Positions 37,701-49,856 of a DNA stretch of 64,000 bases are shown here, piece after piece. Below the pieces are notes generated by a model that had not been told where the DNA came from, made no database searches, and saw only the letters and a list, made by a program, of their open reading frames with translations. The stretch is from Marsupella aquatica (taxonomy: Eukaryota; Plantae; Marchantiophyta). Location of the stretch: assembly GCA_973895155.1 (NCBI GenBank), contig OZ316897.1, positions 10,687,832-10,751,831 on the forward strand, in the 5' to 3' direction. Each line of letters begins with the position of its first letter. The stretch's first letter is position 1. Position numbers and translations under genes: made by a program.

Positions 37701-39386
37701 AGCCTTTGCCATGAGTAGCTTGTGACTCAAGATTCTCTGTAACTTTCGTTCTCTCAAAATTTGGTTCCTATAACTTTTAGCTTGGTATTGGACCTCTGGA
37801 ATAGTCAAATAGTCTAAGCGCCTACCTTTACCAGCAGTTCTACAACCTCTTTTTTCAAGAGCTTTGTACTCCCTGTAAACTCTGAGTCGAAAGTCCTGCT
37901 CTGTTTTTATGCTAAAACATTGCGTACAGGATAAGTCTATAAACCCACCACCAAGTTCTGAAATTCGTCTACACTCTCTGTGTCTAAATAAACCAGAGAT
38001 CACACAGTTTTCCTGAGTCGTCAAACACCACACCTCTGCCCTCACTGTGGGCTCCGCATACCAGTTCCCATCTAATTTAAGCTGATCATTTAAAATTTCC
38101 TTGATAGGCCTGGTATCTGAACCATATTTCACCACATCACGCCAGAGACCCCAGCATAGCAAAGAGAGATTGTCAAGAGTACCTTTGTCTTTTGAACTAG
38201 AACTGGAAGCTCCTCCAGTTGAGGGGCGAGTTAAGAACCCAACTATTTTCTGTTGTTTCACATCCCTTCCATCTGGTGCACGAGGTCTTCCAGGCCTTCC
38301 ACTGTGCACTGGGTTACCCCTAGTAGGCTTTTGACTTCTCATGACATAGTTAAGATGACTTAAGCCTCCCACATGGGCTTCCAAATTTGTTTCCAAATTG
38401 CGTTGTTTTGGAATCAATGTCAAGTTTTCAGCACAAAACTCACAATGAAGTTTGAACTTCATCAACTCTAGGGGTTCTTTGTCCACATCACCTATTACTG
38501 TAAAGGTATCACACCCAACAAGCCCACCAGCATTTTGTGCTGAGTTTATCTTCTCCACAATCTTGACATGTTGATCAAGTATGGCTCTATCATTCAGAGT
38601 ACAAGCCTCAGCCCTCTGAGAAATCTCTCTGTGATCCACTTTCTCACCCCTATTAGATGCTACACGTCGAGCATGCTTTTTTGATGGCAAATGTTTCACT
38701 CTGAAGTTTGTAAACACATTATTGACCATAGTTTTATCCACACCCTTGACACTGCTACATGCAACTGCTTGATATCTGAAGTCACATTCACAACACTCAA
38801 TATGCCCACGAGGCACACCATCCTTGTCCCAGGTTCTGACTTTCCATTTGTGGTCCACACACTTAATAAAAGTCATCCACTCTATCAACTTCGTCACAGA
38901 AGTCTCCCATGCTATTTTGAGGTCATGAGACATTAATTCAGACTCTAGGCTGACTTGTGATTCAACTTCCTGGGATGGGGTACTTGCAGGTTGGGCCTCC
39001 TGAGATGGAGCTCCACCTACATGCTGGTTAGAGGGTTCATCTATTGTGGGAGTACCACAAGATGTGCTACCAGGTCCATTGGATGCATGGCTACTTCCAA
39101 GGACTTGTTGTGACCCATTCTGCACATCTCCTTGGACAAAATTGTTGGGGTATTTTGGGATAATGACAATCTTCCCACCACAATCCTCTACCAGATTATA
39201 CGTCTCAAATTTCTCCAACATTCTACAAGCAAGGTTGATGTCCATGAAATGGAACTCGAAGTCAAAACCTGACTCCAAGTTCTTTCTAGCATCATAAAAG
39301 GTTTCACCTATCTTGTAGCTATATGATGTCAGGGGTTTCCGTTCCCCTGACTCAGAGTCTGCTTGAAATACAGTGGCAGGCGGCAT
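34713..39386 (-). pseudogene. P-element/THAP9-like DDE transposase, 2 coding exons, ~1518 codons, one in-frame stop
   Basis: ORF 39386-37246 splices via a 117-bp GT..CTAA..TTGCAG intron (37245-37129) into 37128-34713, joining ..KRTVR-WLPKHD.. in frame. The 404-aa and 417-aa ORFs share a frame, separated by one TGA (35973-35975). Motifs in P-transposase order: LAEDET, HASDGD, DFIHNGKK (DxxH), SDACEQFFS. Confidence 0.8.
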
Positions 39387-41049
39387 CCTCTATGTCCAAC
39401 GTTTAATTCCCTAACCAATTGACATATGCTAGGGGCATAGGCCTGCAAACATAGCACAAGACAAGAGTGAAGCACCACAATCAAAATGGACACAATCATA
39501 ACACTTCAACCAATTATGGGTTACTTTGTAACGACCCATTCAATGACATTGCTCAACATGGGGATTTGGGAAGTTTTGGCCTCCTACAAGTAGCCTAAGG
39601 AAGCCCATATGTCAAGACCGCATCCACCAGACCAATTCCACAAGGGCCTTGCCCCATCCCGGCCATTTCTCATGGTAATTGGCTTGTCTAAGATCCATTG
39701 CAGCTTTCTCCTTTCGGGTGGGAAGGGACGTACCCTTTGCATGCAAGGACTCTGGTTTCAGCGTAAGCACAAGAGAGTATGAGATCTGCACATGGCCATT
39801 TAAGCTTGTCCTGAATTAGCTTGTCCCAACATATTAGCTTGTCCCAGTCTGTGCTTGGTCCATGTGCAGTCGGGGCCAGGCCCATCACTCCAATCCCTCT
39901 CCTCGACATGTGCAATGGGCTGATCAAAATTTATTTACTCACAGACTCGCTCAGAGAGGCTCGACCATTCATGAATAGCAACATTCCATGGACCACCCAA
40001 ATCCTATCTGGCAAGGCTCTAAGCAATCTTCCCCCCCCCCTCCCAGGCTACCTGCACCTGCTTCGCCTCCAAAGAGCGCTAGATTGTCAGGGATGAAATC
40101 TGACAATCTCCACTGAGGGCATTACTTCCCCAATGGTCTCCTTGGATTTGATGGGACCTGCAAACGGTCCTACTTCTACAACAGAAAGACAAAGCCTAAT
40201 TCACAAAACATAAAGAAATGCTTACCTGAGCAAACACACAAAGCCCTGTTTGTAAGCGGATTCATACAAGACAACAAGCATGAATCGACTGTACAAGAGA
40301 CAACGTACAATCAGGAATGCACGGCAAAATGAAAGTAGGGCATCTGACTGCAAGAAGAGGCACCACTGATTCTTTACTTACTTGTGTATTTGCATTGGCT
40401 GCTTGAACGGGTCAGGGACGGAAACTAGATCCACATTGGAAGTCGACAACAACAAGCCTGCTCCAGACAAACAACAATGAATGAATGGAGATGCAAAAAG
40501 CATTAGCCACAGTCCTGGACTTCTTGGCAGTTGACAAAACAGAGATAACAAGCAATTAGAAAACAAACCTGTAATATAGTATAGAAGTGCCGAGAATAAC
40601 TTGACCAGGGGTGGCATTCATTGATAGTATTCTAATCTTGATTAAACTTCAAGACCTGTACAAATCCACCAACAAAGAGAATCTTACAAAATATCAACAG
40701 GATACCATAGTTTAGCATCTATTCTACGATAATTTTAGTCCTGCTACCTGCCAAAAATACCGGCCAACTACTGTACGTTGGCGTCAAGTTGTGGATACCA
40801 AGGTAGAGCAGCTGGAGACTTGGAGAAAATTGATCTCATAAACCAGCGAAAGAGATAGTCTGCTAGACTGGGCAAAGTTGGACTGAGCCGGGGACAAGTC
40901 CAAACCGGGTTGAAATCACTTGGAGCCCTCTACAGTCTCCGAATAAAAGAACACTCCCCGGATGATTGTGTGTAGGAGGCAGAGAGAAGGCGAAGAGAAT
41001 ATAGGAAGCGGTGCTCGATGAGATCTACAAAGCTGAAGGAAATCGAGCT

Positions 41050-41818
41050 ATGGCTGCTGCGTCCCTGATCTGCTGCTCCAGCAGTTTGCTTCGCCACTCG
41101 CCCGCCCTTTCATCACCTTCTTTCCGTGCGAGAGCGACGTCCTCGTCCCCCTCAGCGCTCGCCTCTTTGAGCTCGGCTTCATTTTGTGGGGTGCACAACT
41201 ACAACTTGTCGTCAAATACTCTCGCGCGGTGGCCATCTTTGGAATTTTGGTGAGAAAAGTCTTGGCAATGAGGGTACTAAGCATATTATACTAATTCCTC
41301 CCTCGTTGCTGGGATTGTCGGAGAGGAACTGCACGCCGCTAGAGCTAGGGACTGTTCCTCTGTCTGAGGAGGAAGCCACGGCATTGCTTCGCAAGGTCTC
41401 TACGCTGAGCCTCACTTTATATAATAGTGTTTCTAGCTCAATTCTCCCAAAATGATTGGCCATTTGCTTCTGGGTTTACCGTTCAGTGTGACTGGTTGCA
41501 GAGAAGCAATTGAAAGAACAATTGCAAAAATATGTGACCTTCTGACGACAGTGTTAATTCAGGTATTATTTCAGCACAAAATAATTTCATGTGAAATCAA
41601 GTCTGTTACGATGACCCAGACAGGAATTGTAGGGTGGAGATTGGCAAAGGCCGACAATGGACTCAAAATCTGGACTGAATGGAAGCTGAAAGATTTTGGA
41701 GCAGGAATTTCGCTTTTCGATCGGATTGGAGCTGTCGCTGAAGTTGAAGGGCATTACCCAGAACTTCATCTTCAAGGGTTAAACACAGCTAGAGCAGAGC
41801 TCTTTACCCAGTCCATAG
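41050..41818 (+). pseudogene. RAF2: Captured fragment of Rubisco accumulation factor 2 (plastid PCD-like protein)
   Basis: Ser/Ala-rich transit peptide from ATG 41050. After a frameshift/deletion near 41240: NFGEKSLGNEGTKHIILIP..LSEEEATALLRK|intron 41396-41619|TGIVGWRL..WKLKDFGAGISLFDRIGAVAEVEGHYPELHL..ARAELFTQSIG|gt. The expected last exon (GLSxNDFIxAAKID-like) was not found. Confidence 0.82.
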
Positions 41819-44800
41819 GTACGGTTGGACCCTGAACTGATACGTCTGGACTGCTCTATGTATGTTAATTTAATGAATCTCGCAAGATTCATGTCATGTG
41901 GATGCGGCTCGCCTCAAGCATCGCCCACTATGGCGATCATGGCACGCATGTTGTAGACTTCAACTACACTGATGGCGTTTCGAGAATAAACAATTTTACC
42001 CGAAATTTGACAGACAACAAGAACTTAAAGAACATGCCTGGGAATGGTGGAAACTTCACCTTCCATAATGAGACAAAAGCAGAGGTTGTGGAAGTCAATT
42101 TGGAACCTGCAAGGAACACGTAACAGTCACTGCAATCCCAAACGTAGTTGGAGCGATATGTTGACCAAAAGAAGGCAATGCAACGGAGAAGATAGCGAAG
42201 ACTGAGGCTTTAAGACAATGGTAGACTCAGAGGCACAAAAGGCATAGAATCAATGCAGTGGTACACAACTAACAAAGTCGCGTAGTATGCAATGCGCAAT
42301 CATCAGATCCAAGTTGAGGAAATGCAGAAGGGTTTACAGTGTGATACATTGAGGAATATAGTGGCTTACATCTGTTTTTGTCAAACACGCCGACCGTCCT
42401 TCAATGAGAAACTGTCTTCTAGCTAATGTAACTCCGACTAGATCCTGTCATGTACGCAGTGACAGTTAGTTACTAGATATTATTGGTCAATATTCTAACT
42501 GAGTAGAGATAACTGAGTGTTGTCACAATGAAATTGTCCATACTTGCTGACCTCTTTTGATGCCACACACTCTTCCCTGATTCTCGATCTACCTCTCTCC
42601 CCTACGTTTAGCTCTTCTCCTCTGTGGCCCGTAGCCTTTGACAAACTCCTGTCGGGACTCCTGCCTGCCTTCTTGCCTAAGGCAAATCCTTCAATGAATG
42701 AAGGAATTAATAAATCATGCAAGGAATTAATGAATGAAGGAATTTCCAAATAGCCACAGAACGCAACTCTGTGACAAGGTGAGGAGGAGTGACGTACGGT
42801 GGTGGGGACGAACACGATGGCCGAGCAGTGCTTGACGGACTGGTTCCCAAAAACGAGGCTATCCTTGATCACATACAAGAGGTTCTTCCTGTGCCTCGTG
42901 CCAAAACTGTGCTTCTCACTAATGGGATTGTTTACTGTCATCCTCGACAAACATGTTCGCCAGCAGTAGCAAAGCGGAAGCGCGCCATCACAAACTTTGG
43001 TCTGGTCTCAATGAAATAGAACATTCCCAAGCAAAGCAAATGAAGAGCTACTTCAGTGCTCTTTACGTTACTAAATAATAGGAAAGCTATGGAAATGACG
43101 TTGGGCTCAGAAAATAGATAGCCTGATCGAAACAAGGAAAACATTGACGCAGACCACACATTCTATCTCTTTCGCCACAAAACATTCTACGAGTACACTG
43201 TAAGCATTGTTGCAGACAAGTCAAGCCCAACTCCTCGACACAAACATCACAAATGGAAGAACTGTTTGTTGAAAAGTCAATAGCAACTCACTTGTTAACA
43301 TGCAATTATCGGGGCAGTTCCGGGGGCAGTTCAAATGAATGATTGGACTCAACTGCTGCCATTTTGCGTATTGAGGGCTCCTTCCCCTCGTCCTTCCCTC
43401 AATATTCTTTACAATGTTTGGGTCCTCGTCATCTTACAGCATTACTCCTTGCGCACGCCACGCCATGCCAAGCCATCGATTGATCGCTGTCCCGGGTCGC
43501 TGTCCAAATGCAGGTTACTTCGTTGCTGGCTTCATTGCAGAATGGATTGCTTGCAATCTGCAATAAAAAAGCTCATCTTCAGAAGCATTTCGCTGCTTTT
43601 TGGCAAAACACTTACATTGACAAAAAGAGATCATGCAAAGCAATACCTTCCAAGCTCGAGCATCTTCCTCTGCAGGTTTTGCTTCCTGCACTTTGGCTTT
43701 CACCGAGTCCACCAACCAAAAGCCCTGTGTGAGAACATGTGCAAAAACTGTCAGCTACACAAGACTGAAATAAAAACCCGCCTTAAAACCTGTATCAAAA
43801 GAGGTTACATCAGATCACGGCATGTACATGTTAACGCAACCGCGCAAAGTAGCAAGCCCGGGGTAGCAAGAGGGTGGCATGCACTCACTTTGCCAAGCGA
43901 GGAGCCGAAAGAATAAGTTCACTGTGTGCAAGAGCAGAGAATACACACGGGACGGACCCTGCGTGTAGCCTAACAAACAAACATAGCTATGGCGGGTCTG
44001 AAATCCAACGCCGCATGCAGCCCAAACCCCGGCCCAAACAAGCAAATGATCGCTATGGCCAGTCTAAAATCCAACGACCTAAACTGCAGAGAAGCAGGGG
44101 GAATGCAAGGGAGGGTCACGCAAACCCTGTTGTGTGAACCCCAATGTGGCCAGCCCCCGATACCTCCCTCACCCCAATGATAAGGGAGTACAAAACCCCC
44201 ACCCCACACACACAAACACACCTGGCCGTTTGATTGAACCCATTTCAAAAGTAATCTTGTTTGTTTATGTGCTATGGAGGGGGTATTGATCCATGGTCCC
44301 CATCAATCCCCCATCAATCCCTAAACCCCAACCCCCGCCCCAACCAAGTTGGACCCAAAGATCCCGACCCAACATTTACTCAACTCCCGACTCAACTCCT
44401 AAAAATGCGAGTAAACATGTCTACTAAAACCCATTTGTCCCACCATAAGGGGGCACACAAACTTGTCTTAGGAGAACAAATAATTAAATGTGTGATTTAC
44501 TATATGGACAGGTGTGCCAATGAAGTCATGACATGTGTACCAACCATATAGTGACGCATGTCCTTGACATTTTGGGTACCCTTGCATAAGAGTAATGTGA
44601 CATGTATTTGATAAGAGCCTTATTACTAATATTGTGTCAAATGTATATATAGGGATGTTGCCGACTTTAAAAATTATTATAAAAATTAGTTTGCATTACA
44701 TTAAAAATACCCTTGCGTCGTTCGCACGTCCTCCCTGTATTAGTAACGCTAAGGGCCCAGGGGTTGGACGTCACAAAGAGAAACCCGATTCAGATGGGAA

Positions 44801-44874
44801 CAAGCTCCATATAGGGAGCAGCACAGCAATAGGGAGCAGCACAGCAATAGCACATGGAGAACGTTGGGAGGACA

Positions 44875-47800
44875 ATGATGGCATCCAAGTTTGGAGGTGT
44901 CAAGTTTGAGGTGGAAAAATATGATGGGCGCACAGATTATTTGCTATGGGAGAAGCAGGTTAAGGGAATTCTTCGTGCTATGGGCCTAGATCATCTGCTA
45001 TCGACTCGGGAGGAGTCTAGTAGTGAGGAGGAGATCCCGTTGAGGAAATGGAGGCAAGAGCAAGTGATTGCTGTGAATGCGGTTATGCTGTATCTGAAGC
45101 CACATATCATTAAGAAGCTGGACGACTACGAGGATTGTGTATCCTTATTCAAGGCCCTCAGAGAGAAGTACTACCGAGAGGATGCCTCAGATCGGTTGTA
45201 CAAGAAGTCTCTTTGATGAGCTTCAGGCTAAAAGAAGGAGGCAAGCTTCGAGATCACTTGGATGAATTCGACAGCCTAGCTGTAGATTTGTCAAATCTTG
45301 GCAAGGGAGTGGAAGATGAAGATAAGGCATTGCTTCTTCTCAGTTCCTTACCCCCATCGTATCAAGGTTTGAAGCAGGTTCTCTTGTATAGAGATCTCAA
45401 ATGGCCTCATTCACAATTGGAGGACCCAAAAGGAACGTCACACTCAAAAGTGACCATAGTTTATTATGCTTTTATTAGGATATCATTTTTAGGGTGTAAT
45501 GAGATGATATAGAAAATTTGATGTACTATACTTAATAAACATCTTATAGGTTGGTAACATTCATTAAACTATCTAGCATTTGAGACTTTGAAGCTTTCCT
45601 TATATGTCCTTCAAAGATTGATAAAAGGACTTGTCACGCAACGGGTCACATCATTTCAGGACTCAAAATGACTCTAAAAAATGCATTTTAGATAATGAAA
45701 TTTTACCAAAGCATGCATACTAATAGCATAATCTTATATTTCAAAACTTAAATAGTGACACACAGTAAACCTTTACATACAGGACAAAAATAATCAGTAA
45801 TTTTGGCTTATTTAGGGCCATCAATAATAGGATCCCTTAAAACAGTTGAAACTTTGATGTATCTACACGGTGAGGTAGGTTACACCATGCAAAATAGTCT
45901 TGTGAAAAAATTAGACTTAAATGTCTTGAGATAAAATCATGATGAACCTTTTTCCATGTTACGAAAGTCATTTTTCACTAAAAAAGCATGTTTTTGAGTC
46001 CTGAAAGTGGTTCCTGCAAGGTACACCCAATTGTGAATGAGGCCAAAACCATTTCATATGATGAGGTGGTAAGCTCTTTGTTGTCAAATGATGCACAGAA
46101 GAAACTGGGTCATGCCCAGACACCATCTTCATCTGGCAGTGCATTGAATGTGAACCGCGGGAGGACTCAACAGCGGATGACTGGTGAAAACAGGTCCTTT
46201 TCACAAATGTACCCCTCACGGAATAGAGGCAAGGAGAAGGCTCGGTCTAAGTCTAGATCCAGGTCTAGAGAGAAATCTCTAGAAAGGAAACCAATTATAT
46301 GCTAGAAATGTAACAAGCCTGGCCACATGAAACGAGACTGTCGAGTCAAGCAAACTCATCAACCATCAGCGAACGCAGCCACTGATGTTGATATGATTGA
46401 TTTGCTTGATGATGAAATCTTGTGAAGTCCAGATGTTGCCCTTTGCATTTCATCCAGTAACAACGGTGATGAATGGATTTTAGATTGTGCTTGTACCTAT
46501 CATATTTGTTGTATGAAAGAGTTTTTTACTTCTTACTCAGTATCAACCGGTTCCGTGTTGATGGGGAATGATCATCCTTGTCAAATTATTGGAATTGAAT
46601 CCGTGAAAATTCGGATGTTTGATGGAGCTGTGTGAACAGTGAGTAATGTCAGACACATACCTGACATGAAAAAGAACTTGATTTCTCTTGAAATGCTGGA
46701 AGCAAATGGATGTCGGTGGAGTTCTGCTGATGGTATTCTTCAAGTGTCAACCGGAGGCAAGGTTGTCATGAAGGGTAAGCCGCACAAGAATCTATATTTG
46801 TTGGAGGGCAACATGATTTGTGAAGAAGCCAATGTAACTAGATCTCAAGGCGAGATGACTCAGTTATGGCACTGCAGATTGGGACACATGAGTGAAAAGG
46901 GTTTGGCGGTACTTCGTAAGAAAGGACTTCTTTCTAATTTGGAATCTACTAAGCTAAATTTTTGTGAACACTGTGTGCTTGGGAAGCAGCACAGGAGAAC
47001 CTTTGGTGTTGGAACTCACAATACCAAAGCTATACTTGAGTATGTACATAGTGATGTGTGGGGTCCAGCCCCAACTCCCTCACTTTCTGGAAAATTGTAC
47101 TATGTCACGTTCATTGATGATTACTCACGGTATGTATGGATCACATTTCTACACGCCAAGTCTAAAGTTTTTGGCACTTTTAAGAAATGGAAAGCCCAAA
47201 TTGAGAATTAGACTGGATCCAAGGTGAGATATCTACGATCAGATAACGGCGGGGAGTACAGTTCAAGTGAATTTAAACTATATTGTGCAGAGCAAGGGAT
47301 TACTCGTCATCTCACGACAGTTTATACTCCTCAACAGAATGGTGTTTGTGAGCGGCTAAACCGAACACTATTGGAGCGATCGAGGAGTATGTTGAGCCAA
47401 TCAGGTTTACCGCATGAATTTTGGGCTGAAGCTATAAATATGGCAGCTTATTTGGTAAATCTTTCTCCTTCAAGTGTAATCAATTTCAAGACGCCGTTTA
47501 AAATGAGGTATGGACGGCACGCAAACTATTAGGTTTTGAGAGTCTTTGGAAGTGATGCATATGCTCTCACACCTAAGCAGAATCGATCTAAACTAGATTC
47601 TACTTCCAAGAAGTGTCTTTTTCTTGGTTATCAACCAGGTGTGAAAGGTTACAGGCTATGGGATCCAGAAGCTTGTACGTTGCTTGTCAGTAGAGATGTA
47701 TCCTTTAATGAATCCAGATCATCAAAGAAGGGGGAGAATGCTCAGGTTTCCCGTACTGACAAAGGTAAATCTCCTATCCTGGACCATGTTGTGAGAGAGA

Positions 47801-49652
47801 TTGGTCATGACAGTTTTTATGACATAAATGAAAGAGGTGCTCCGAGAATGGAGCTGGTTCTGGTATTGGAACAAGAGGAGCAAGTTGTTGTTGGAATACC
47901 TCAAATTCAACCAACAGAACAAGATCAACCAGAATCATCAGCTAGAAAATCAAGACGTACTACTCGAGTTCCTACAAGGTATGGACAATGGACAGATTCA
48001 TCAAGGTTAGATGATGTTGACATTGCACCTGAAGATGATGACAGAGCACTGATCTTGGAAGAAAGAGAACCTTCTTCTTATCATGAGGCGTGCATTTCAG
48101 ACGAGAAAGATGAATGGAATGCAGCAATGCAGAGGGAGTTGCAATCTTTAAGTGACAACAAAACATAGGAGCTGGTGCAACTGCCAAGTGATCAACAAGT
48201 GGTGGATAGCAAGTGGATTTACAAGCTGAAAGACAGCTCTTCAGATGGAGGAGACAAGATATACAAGGCAAGGCTTGTTGCCAAGGGATTCACTCAAGAG
48301 AAGGGAGTGGATTACAATGAGGTCTTCTCTCTAGTTGCCAAGTATTCCACGATACGAATTTTGTGTCAACTTGTTGTGTTTTTTGATCTGGTGTTAGATC
48401 AAATGGATGTTGTTACTGCTTTTCTCTATGGCACCTTGGAAGAACAAATTTTTATGAGGCAACCACTGGGCTTTGTGAAGAAGGGCCAAGAGAGTTTAGT
48501 TTGCAGGTTGCTTAAGTCCTTGTATGGATTGAAGCAAGCTCCTCGACAGTGGAACAAGCAGTTTGATGATTTCATGTTTGCACAAGGATTCACTAGGATG
48601 GTGTATGACCCTTGTGTGTATACAAAATCAGTCAAGAATGGTGTGTTTGGTTTGCTCATTCTGGTGCTCTATGTGGATGACATGTTGATTGCGGCTAAGG
48701 ATCAAACTAAGGTTAACAAACTCAAAGCAAAATTGAGTTCTGAATTCCGAATGAAGGATCTTGGGAAAGCCAAGAGGATCTTAGGTATGAAAATTACGAG
48801 GAACTTTGAAACTGGACAATTGTGGCTGAATCAAGGCAAGTATGCTGAAAAGGTACTTGCAAGATTCAACATGGAAAATTGTAAGCCAGTAAGAATTCCT
48901 TTGGCTCCACATTTCAAGTTATCATCGGCTTTCTGCCCCACGGATCCAGTGGAGAGAGGCTTGATGACTAAGGTTCCTTATGAGAAGGCAGTGGGCAGTC
49001 TAATGTATTTGATGACATGTACCAGGCCTGATCTAGCCCTAGCAATGGGCAAAGTGAGTAGATTCATGTCAAATCCAGGGAAGGTACATGGGAGGCTGTG
49101 AAATGGATTCTCAGGTATCTTAAGGGCACAATAGACTATGGTCTGTTGTTTGATAGTAGATCAAACAAAACCAAATCTTTGGTTGGCTATGTAGATTCTG
49201 ACTACGGAGGCTGTCTGGAAACAAGGAGGTCAACGACTGGGTATGTGTTTACTCTTGGAAGAGGATGCATAAGTTGGAGATCTACCTTGCAGAAGTGTGT
49301 ATCTCAGTCTACTATAGAAGCAGAATATGTTACAGTAGCAGAAGCAGCAAAGGAAGCAATTTGGTTGGATAAGCTGGTCACTGAGATGGGATTGGAGCAT
49401 GGAAAAATGACTCTTCATTGTGACAGCCAAAGTGCGCTTCACCTAGCTATTAACCAGGTTATGGATAGCAGGGTGAAACACATTGACATCAGGTACCATT
49501 TTATTAGGCAAGCAGTGTCTGATAAAATGTTTGAGCTAATCAAGATTGATGGAAAGCTCAACCCGGCTGATGCTTTTACCAAAGTGATTCCTTTGGAGAG
49601 TTACTCAAGACACCATGCTACTTTGCAAGTTTTGCATTTGCAGCACAAGTAG
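44875..49652 (+). pseudogene. Copia gag-pol polyprotein, disrupted by stops, frameshifts and a MITE
   Basis: Gag (LLLLSSLPPSY, C-stop-KCNKPGHMKRDC), protease (WILDCACTYH), integrase (LWHCRLGHMS, VHSDVWGP, LRSDNGGEY, PQQNGVCER), RT (YKARLVAKGF, LYGLKQAPR, YVDDML), RNase H ([20 protein letters not shown]). Confidence 0.95.
45402..46045. mobile_element. 644-bp MITE inserted in Copia gag
   Basis: Perfect 19-bp TIR TGGCCTCATTCACAATTGG / CCAATTGTGAATGAGGCCA with an AT-rich non-coding interior. Removing it plus 2 A restores gag YRDLK-TISYDEV. Confidence 0.9.
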
Positions 49653-49856
49653 AGTAACTTAACAATATGTAATTTATGTATATGGGTTACTCAATCCTGT
49701 TATGGCTACGACTTAATTCTAGTTAATCCTTAGTTAACCTTAAATGGTTTTTAGGGGGACACCTATGGTTTTAGGTGATTGTCTAGAATTTCCCGTTGAG
49801 TATCTCATATGGATAACAGAAATTGCAGTCCCCAAGACTAGAGTCAAGGGGGAGTT

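Larger units (their letters stand above)
33820..44764 (-). mobile_element. ~10.9-kb TIR DNA transposon with a P-like transposase and captured host gene fragment(s)
   Basis: Perfect 13-bp TIR: ACCCCTGGGCCCT (33820-33832) and AGGGCCCAGGGGT (44752-44764), with partial matches ~11 bp further in. It interrupts the Copia leader between the PBS and gag. No TSD visible. Confidence 0.8.

Noticed and set aside
43335-43916. 193-aa plus-strand ORF within the P-like element
   Set aside because: No recognisable motif, and splice signals in this stretch favour the minus strand.
33811-44775. Helitron identity for the large insertion (possible A|T site, no TSD)
   Set aside because: No 5'-TC or 3'-CTRR ends and no Rep/helicase motifs; it has TIRs and DDE-type motifs instead.
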